DNA of 64,000 bases from Nostoc sp. DedSLP01 (GTDB lineage: Bacteria; Cyanobacteriota; Cyanobacteriia; Cyanobacteriales; Nostocaceae). Location of the stretch: NCBI GenBank assembly GCA_034530875.2, contig JAVRCJ020000011.1, forward strand, positions 64,001 through 128,000, given 5' to 3'. A model generated the notes under the pieces. The model saw only the letters and a list, made by a program, of their open reading frames with translations. It ran no database searches and was not told the DNA's origin. Below, in pieces: positions 59,787 to 64,000 of this stretch. The translations under genes and the position numbers were made by a program. Each line of letters opens with the position of its first letter. The stretch's first letter is position 1.

Positions 59787-61778
59787 TCACCTCTCCGTAG
59801 CTAACCAAGCCCGGAGTACTTCGCCAACTGACCAAGCTTGAGCAATACAACCTTTAGGTTCCATTGGTGCATTGCCATTAGATATTTCACTAATAGTTCC
59901 AACTCCAGCTGTATAGAGGTGATGTTGCATTGGTTCTAGATATTGGCGAGCAACGGATGGGTTGTTAAACACGCGCAAATGAGCTAAGACAAATGGGCCG
60001 ATTAACCATTCCCAAACTGTTCCTTGGTGATAGGCAGAGTCACGATGAAATTGATCTCCACTGTAGTTACCGATATACTGCGGATCGTCTGGTGCAAGAC
60101 TACGCAATCCGTGAGAAGTTAAAAGCGATCGCTCGCAGGCTTCTACTACTTGGCGTTGTTGTTCGGCTGTCAGCGGACTTTCTGGCAAGGATACGGCAAA
60201 GATTTGATTTGGTCGCATAGAGGCATCGTTACCACTTGGACTGTCTAAAACATCAAAACAGTATCCCTTGGCATTATTCCAGAAACGACTAAAACCTTTT
60301 TGGGCGGTATCAGCCATTGCATCGTAGTCTTGGTAAGGTTTTCCTAACTTGTGGGCGAACTTGGACATTGTTCGCAAAGCGTTATACCACAGGGCATTTA
60401 CTTCTACAGGCTTGCCAATGCGAGGAGTAACTACCCAATCACCAACTTTGGCATCCATCCAGGTAAGCTGCACTCCTGCTTGTCCGGCATAAAGCAATCC
60501 ATCATTGGGATCGAGGCGGATATTGTAGCGCGTTCCTTGACGGTGAAATTCGATAATGTCTGCAAGTTTGGGAAATAAATCTGCTAATAGCTTCTCATCG
60601 CCAGTTGTAGCCAAGTAAATGCGGATGGCTTCAAAATACCACAATGTTGCATCAACTGTATTGTAGTCAGCGTCCACGAGTGGCTGATTATTGTCAGGAA
60701 AATGATTGGGCAACATTCCTTTGCTGATATATTCGCCAAAGGTGCGAAGTATCAAGTCTGCAATTTGAGGACGATTAGTCGAAAGCGTCAGACCTGGTAG
60801 ACTAATCATGGTGTCGCGTCCCCAATCAGTAAACCAGTGGTAACCGGCAATGATGGTTTTTCCACCTTGGCGATCGACAATAAACTGATCGGCAGCGAGT
60901 ACGAGTTGCTGCACCCAGTCAGGAGGGGGAGGCGCTTGTGGCGATCGCTTTGCTTGCCAGTCTGCTATTAGCTTTTGTTCATACTGATGACGCAAATCTA
61001 AGGCTGCTGCACCGTTTAAATCAGGATTTTGCTGCGTACTGGCGACAAAAGTAAACGAGCTTCCAGGCTCCAATGTGACTGTAAAAGTTGCTGGGTAAAG
61101 ATGATCGTCTATATCGTTGAGTCCCCGTTCCTTTTCAGCTGCGAGTTCAAATCCGAAGTACCACTCGTTATTGAGCGAAGCATTACCGCTATCTGTTAAT
61201 AAGTACAAAGTTTGCGCTCCCGGATACACTGTGACAGCGACTCCACGCTCAATTGCTGCCACATTCATCCGCCAATCTTTCGCAGGCCATTCATTAGCAT
61301 GGGTTCTGCTGTGATAATCGCGGTAATTAACAAATGCTTTGATGGATAACTTTAGCGATCGCTTTGCCCGTCGCAAATAATAATGAATGTATGTGGTATC
61401 TGCTCCAGGCTGCATCCAAATGCGCTTCTCTAATAAAGCACCCCCACAAGCAAAGTTCCAGACAGGTACCGTTCCCTCTAAATAAAAGCTTTCGATATTA
61501 CGGTAACCTTGAGGAGCAACTGTGCCATTTGACCAGCGATTAGCAAACAGTGGATAAGAACTACCTTCATACTCTGCTGTTTCGTCTAGCTTTGCTAGTA
61601 ATAAAGTTCGCTGCAAAGGTGGTTGCAGTGCAGCCACAAGTAAACCGTGATAACCCCGCGTTGATAAACCTGCTACTGTACCTGAAGCATAGCTGCCACG
61701 GCCATTGGTTACTAACCACTCCCGCGATTCTGCTGCATCAAGATTTCCACAAATTTCACGTCCAAAGTTGATGCTCAT
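59787..61778 (-). CDS. Amylo-alpha-1,6-glucosidase (glycogen debranching-like)
   Basis: EWLVTNG, IAGYHWFTDWGRDTMISLPGL, TWMDAK, RPNQ, YHQGTVW, QAWSV. Confidence 0.93.
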   Translation of the reverse strand: MSINFGREICGNLDAAESREWLVTNGRGSYASGTVAGLSTRGYHGLLVAALQPPLQRTLLLAKLDETAEYEGSSYPLFANRWSNGTVAPQGYRNIESFYLEGTVPVWNFACGGALLEKRIWMQPGADTTYIHYYLRRAKRSLKLSIKAFVNYRDYHSRTHANEWPAKDWRMNVAAIERGVAVTVYPGAQTLYLLTDSGNASLNNEWYFGFELAAEKERGLNDIDDHLYPATFTVTLEPGSSFTFVASTQQNPDLNGAAALDLRHQYEQKLIADWQAKRSPQAPPPPDWVQQLVLAADQFIVDRQGGKTIIAGYHWFTDWGRDTMISLPGLTLSTNRPQIADLILRTFGEYISKGMLPNHFPDNNQPLVDADYNTVDATLWYFEAIRIYLATTGDEKLLADLFPKLADIIEFHRQGTRYNIRLDPNDGLLYAGQAGVQLTWMDAKVGDWVVTPRIGKPVEVNALWYNALRTMSKFAHKLGKPYQDYDAMADTAQKGFSRFWNNAKGYCFDVLDSPSGNDASMRPNQIFAVSLPESPLTAEQQRQVVEACERSLLTSHGLRSLAPDDPQYIGNYSGDQFHRDSAYHQGTVWEWLIGPFVLAHLRVFNNPSVARQYLEPMQHHLYTAGVGTISEISNGNAPMEPKGCIAQAWSVGEVLRAWLATER

Positions 61779-61878
61779 AAATATAGTTAATTATGTTTCA
61801 AATATTTTCAATTTTGATTTTCACATCAATACTTTTTCTTTAATCAGAGTCTATTTATTTGGTAACAATTTTTGAATA

Positions 61879-61959
61879 TATAGCAATCCTAAATCATTCT
61901 TTGAAAATCTGTTCCTTATTGCCTTTTACATGTTTACACAACTGAAATTAGGATTGCTA
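61879..61959. mobile_element. MITE-like element, TAGCAATCCTAA TIR family
   Basis: TAGCAATCCTAA...TTAGGATTGCTA. Confidence 0.75.
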
Positions 61960-62088
61960 AGTAAGTTTAAGTAAACTCATTCAAAAACTACTAAGTAGAA
62001 GGCAGTTGTGACTGGAGGCACAAGGTAAAATCCTTAACAGTAAAAGGTTTTGCTGCTTTGGATTTTCCATTTAATTATGTCCGTCTAC

Positions 62089-63519
62089 TTATTTAGTTTT
62101 TGCCAAATTTTTGAGAAAACTTACACTAGGTGCAAAAAAATATTCACCACCTTGCATTTTTACCCATACTTTCATGCCAGCTTCTTGAGTTTCCGATTCC
62201 CCCCATTGTTTTGGCCATTTCTGAATTCCGTCTGGTTGACCAATTAGCGGATCTGGGCCAACATTGACTTGAACAAAGTTTTTCGGATTTGCCCATCTAG
62301 ATTGGATCAAATTAAACTGATTTTCAATATCTGCTTGAAAACAAAGAAATAACAATCCCGAGCCTGCTGTCGGTTCTTTAGTGGGATCTTGCTCGCCAAA
62401 ACTAACAGAACGACGAGCAATACGATGCCTTCTTTCCACCTTTAAAGCTTCGTCAAAACCTGGGGAAGATTCCACTCTTCCTGTATCGCCTCTGGGATTA
62501 ACTTTGCGGATGTGAGCGTGGAAAGGACACTTTGTTGCTTGGGTATCTAAATCGTAATTAAAATTATTAAAGTATTCGTAATTAATTGATGTCGTATCTT
62601 GACTCGGTATATCTGAGAGAGTTAGGGGAGTTCCATCTTCAAACCGTCCCACAACCAAAGCTCCGGCTAAAGTTTCACTAATACCTAACTTTTTAGCCAA
62701 ATTCCGCACATCTTCGCGGAATTTTTGGACATTTTGTTCCAGTTTGCGGCAAACCAAATAACTGCCATAGCTATCTTCAGTTTTACCGTTAGGATCTTTA
62801 ACTAAAATCAGACTTAGCGGAGCGCGAGGATCCCATTTACTGAAGTCAGAATTCTTAGCCTTGGCGCTCTCAATATTTCGTTTTAGAAATAGAGGTTGAC
62901 TAACACCATCAACATAACCGAAGTGTTCTACAATTTGTTTTTGAGAATTTCTGAGAATGAAACCATCTTCTCTATGAATTACTTTGCAAAGCCCCGATAA
63001 TTCTGAGCAAATTTCGTTGACTACTTTGAGTAAGTCTGTTAAATTATCATCCGCTATCAGTAATAAAGCATCTAATTTTTGTTGAAATCCTGGTTCCCAA
63101 TATTTTGGTTCTGGATCTCCCAAGAAACCTTTGATATCAACATTTTGCATACCTAATCGAAATGGTTGATCTCCGGGTATTTTCCAAGGTTGTATTTCCA
63201 GATATTCATAACCTTGAGAAGATAAATACAAATTACCGAAGATACCACCTGATATCTTTTTAGTTCGGTATTCGCGTGCTTCATCTGACTGCTGTTTAGC
63301 AGATTTAACATATTTTTGGGCAAAGTTTTGAATCCATCGTTTGACTGCATTTACTTGACCAGCTTGAAATTGTATAAACAGATGCACGATATGGTCTCGT
63401 CCATGCCCATTCAAAATGTTGCCTTGTAAATCTTGGAGCAAAGTCTCGTATTTCCCAGAATTTTCTGGATCGATGCCATCTTCTGGTATGGTTTTTAAAT
63501 CTTCTTCTGTTAGTGCCAT
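62089..63519 (-). CDS. Dye-decolorizing (DyP) heme peroxidase, AnaPX-like
   Basis: LQGNIL, EHFGYVDGVSQP (GxxDG), CPFHAHIRKVNPR, GLLFLCFQ, GGEYFFAPS. Confidence 0.93.
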   Translation of the reverse strand: MALTEEDLKTIPEDGIDPENSGKYETLLQDLQGNILNGHGRDHIVHLFIQFQAGQVNAVKRWIQNFAQKYVKSAKQQSDEAREYRTKKISGGIFGNLYLSSQGYEYLEIQPWKIPGDQPFRLGMQNVDIKGFLGDPEPKYWEPGFQQKLDALLLIADDNLTDLLKVVNEICSELSGLCKVIHREDGFILRNSQKQIVEHFGYVDGVSQPLFLKRNIESAKAKNSDFSKWDPRAPLSLILVKDPNGKTEDSYGSYLVCRKLEQNVQKFREDVRNLAKKLGISETLAGALVVGRFEDGTPLTLSDIPSQDTTSINYEYFNNFNYDLDTQATKCPFHAHIRKVNPRGDTGRVESSPGFDEALKVERRHRIARRSVSFGEQDPTKEPTAGSGLLFLCFQADIENQFNLIQSRWANPKNFVQVNVGPDPLIGQPDGIQKWPKQWGESETQEAGMKVWVKMQGGEYFFAPSVSFLKNLAKTK

Positions 63520-63643
63520 TGCTTAAACTCTTTTTGTCAAGTTAGGATTTAACCGTTGCCAGATTGAGAAGAAAAAATTCAGGAGTCAGAATTCAGTAAT
63601 CAATAATTAGGTTTCAGTCACGTACTAATTTGATTGAATCTTC

Positions 63644-64000
63644 TTAAGCTTCAAGTTTTATCATCTTGGCGTGGGAAGGTTTACCTACTTCATTGAGGTA
63701 GAACATCATGTAGTAACCCGGTGGGTAAAGATTGGCATTTTTCGGTACTCTAAATTTGATTGCGGACTCGTTCCCTAAAGCAACACTTTCAACAGTCAAA
63801 TCTGCTAGTCGTTGCCCATAATCTAAAGAATGAGTAACCGCACCTAACTTAACGAGAACTACCGAACCTTTTTCCGTGGCATCCTTAACTGAAATACTGT
63901 TAGATTTGCCATAGTTGAGTATTTCCGGAGCTTTGACGATTTCCGGACGAGCACCAGGCTTAAACAAATAGGTGGGACTGAAGATTTCTGCTTGCCAAAT
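63644..64000 (-). CDS. Galactose/glyoxal oxidase-like copper radical oxidase, C-terminal domain (5' part outside window)
   Basis: Frame open to the window edge: EIFSPTYL...RP, VTHSLDYGQR (Cu-ligand His position), PPGYYMMF. Confidence 0.88.
   Translation of the reverse strand: MWQAEIFSPTYLFKPGARPEIVKAPEILNYGKSNSISVKDATEKGSVVLVKLGAVTHSLDYGQRLADLTVESVALGNESAIKFRVPKNANLYPPGYYMMFYLNEVGKPSHAKMIKLEA

Overview
A 64-kb chromosomal window from a heterocyst-forming cyanobacterium (Nostocales-like). This is supported by dense HIP1 octamers (GCGATCGC), heptameric STRR arrays, many small inverted-repeat elements and a divergent relA/patD pair. About 40 genes are supported. They include TPR and pentapeptide proteins, relA/spoT, patD, a TetR/DHA2 efflux pair, cysH, sbcD, nfi, PBP1A, a site-2 protease, several two-component/c-di-GMP proteins (one a LOV-containing hybrid kinase coupled to a REC-GGDEF protein), a two-stop pseudogene and a TnpB remnant. 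No rRNA, tRNA or CRISPR array was seen. The best candidate for an undescribed system is a two-gene cluster at 25225-30431: a condensation-less NRPS-like enzyme (A domain interrupted by an N-methyltransferase, carrier, terminal reductase; hand-read code points to Lys/Arg/Orn) plus an NNMT/PNMT-family methyltransferase, suggesting a small methylated amine/alkaloid. Other candidates are an FHA / FHA-flavoprotein operon, a copper radical oxidase-DyP-two glycosidase run, an 815-aa protein with exact 54-aa amphipathic beta repeats, an orphan PAAR-like gene, two possible small proteins, and 21-nt elements inserted into HIP1 sites that alter proteins. All family assignments come from recognised motifs, not from database searches.
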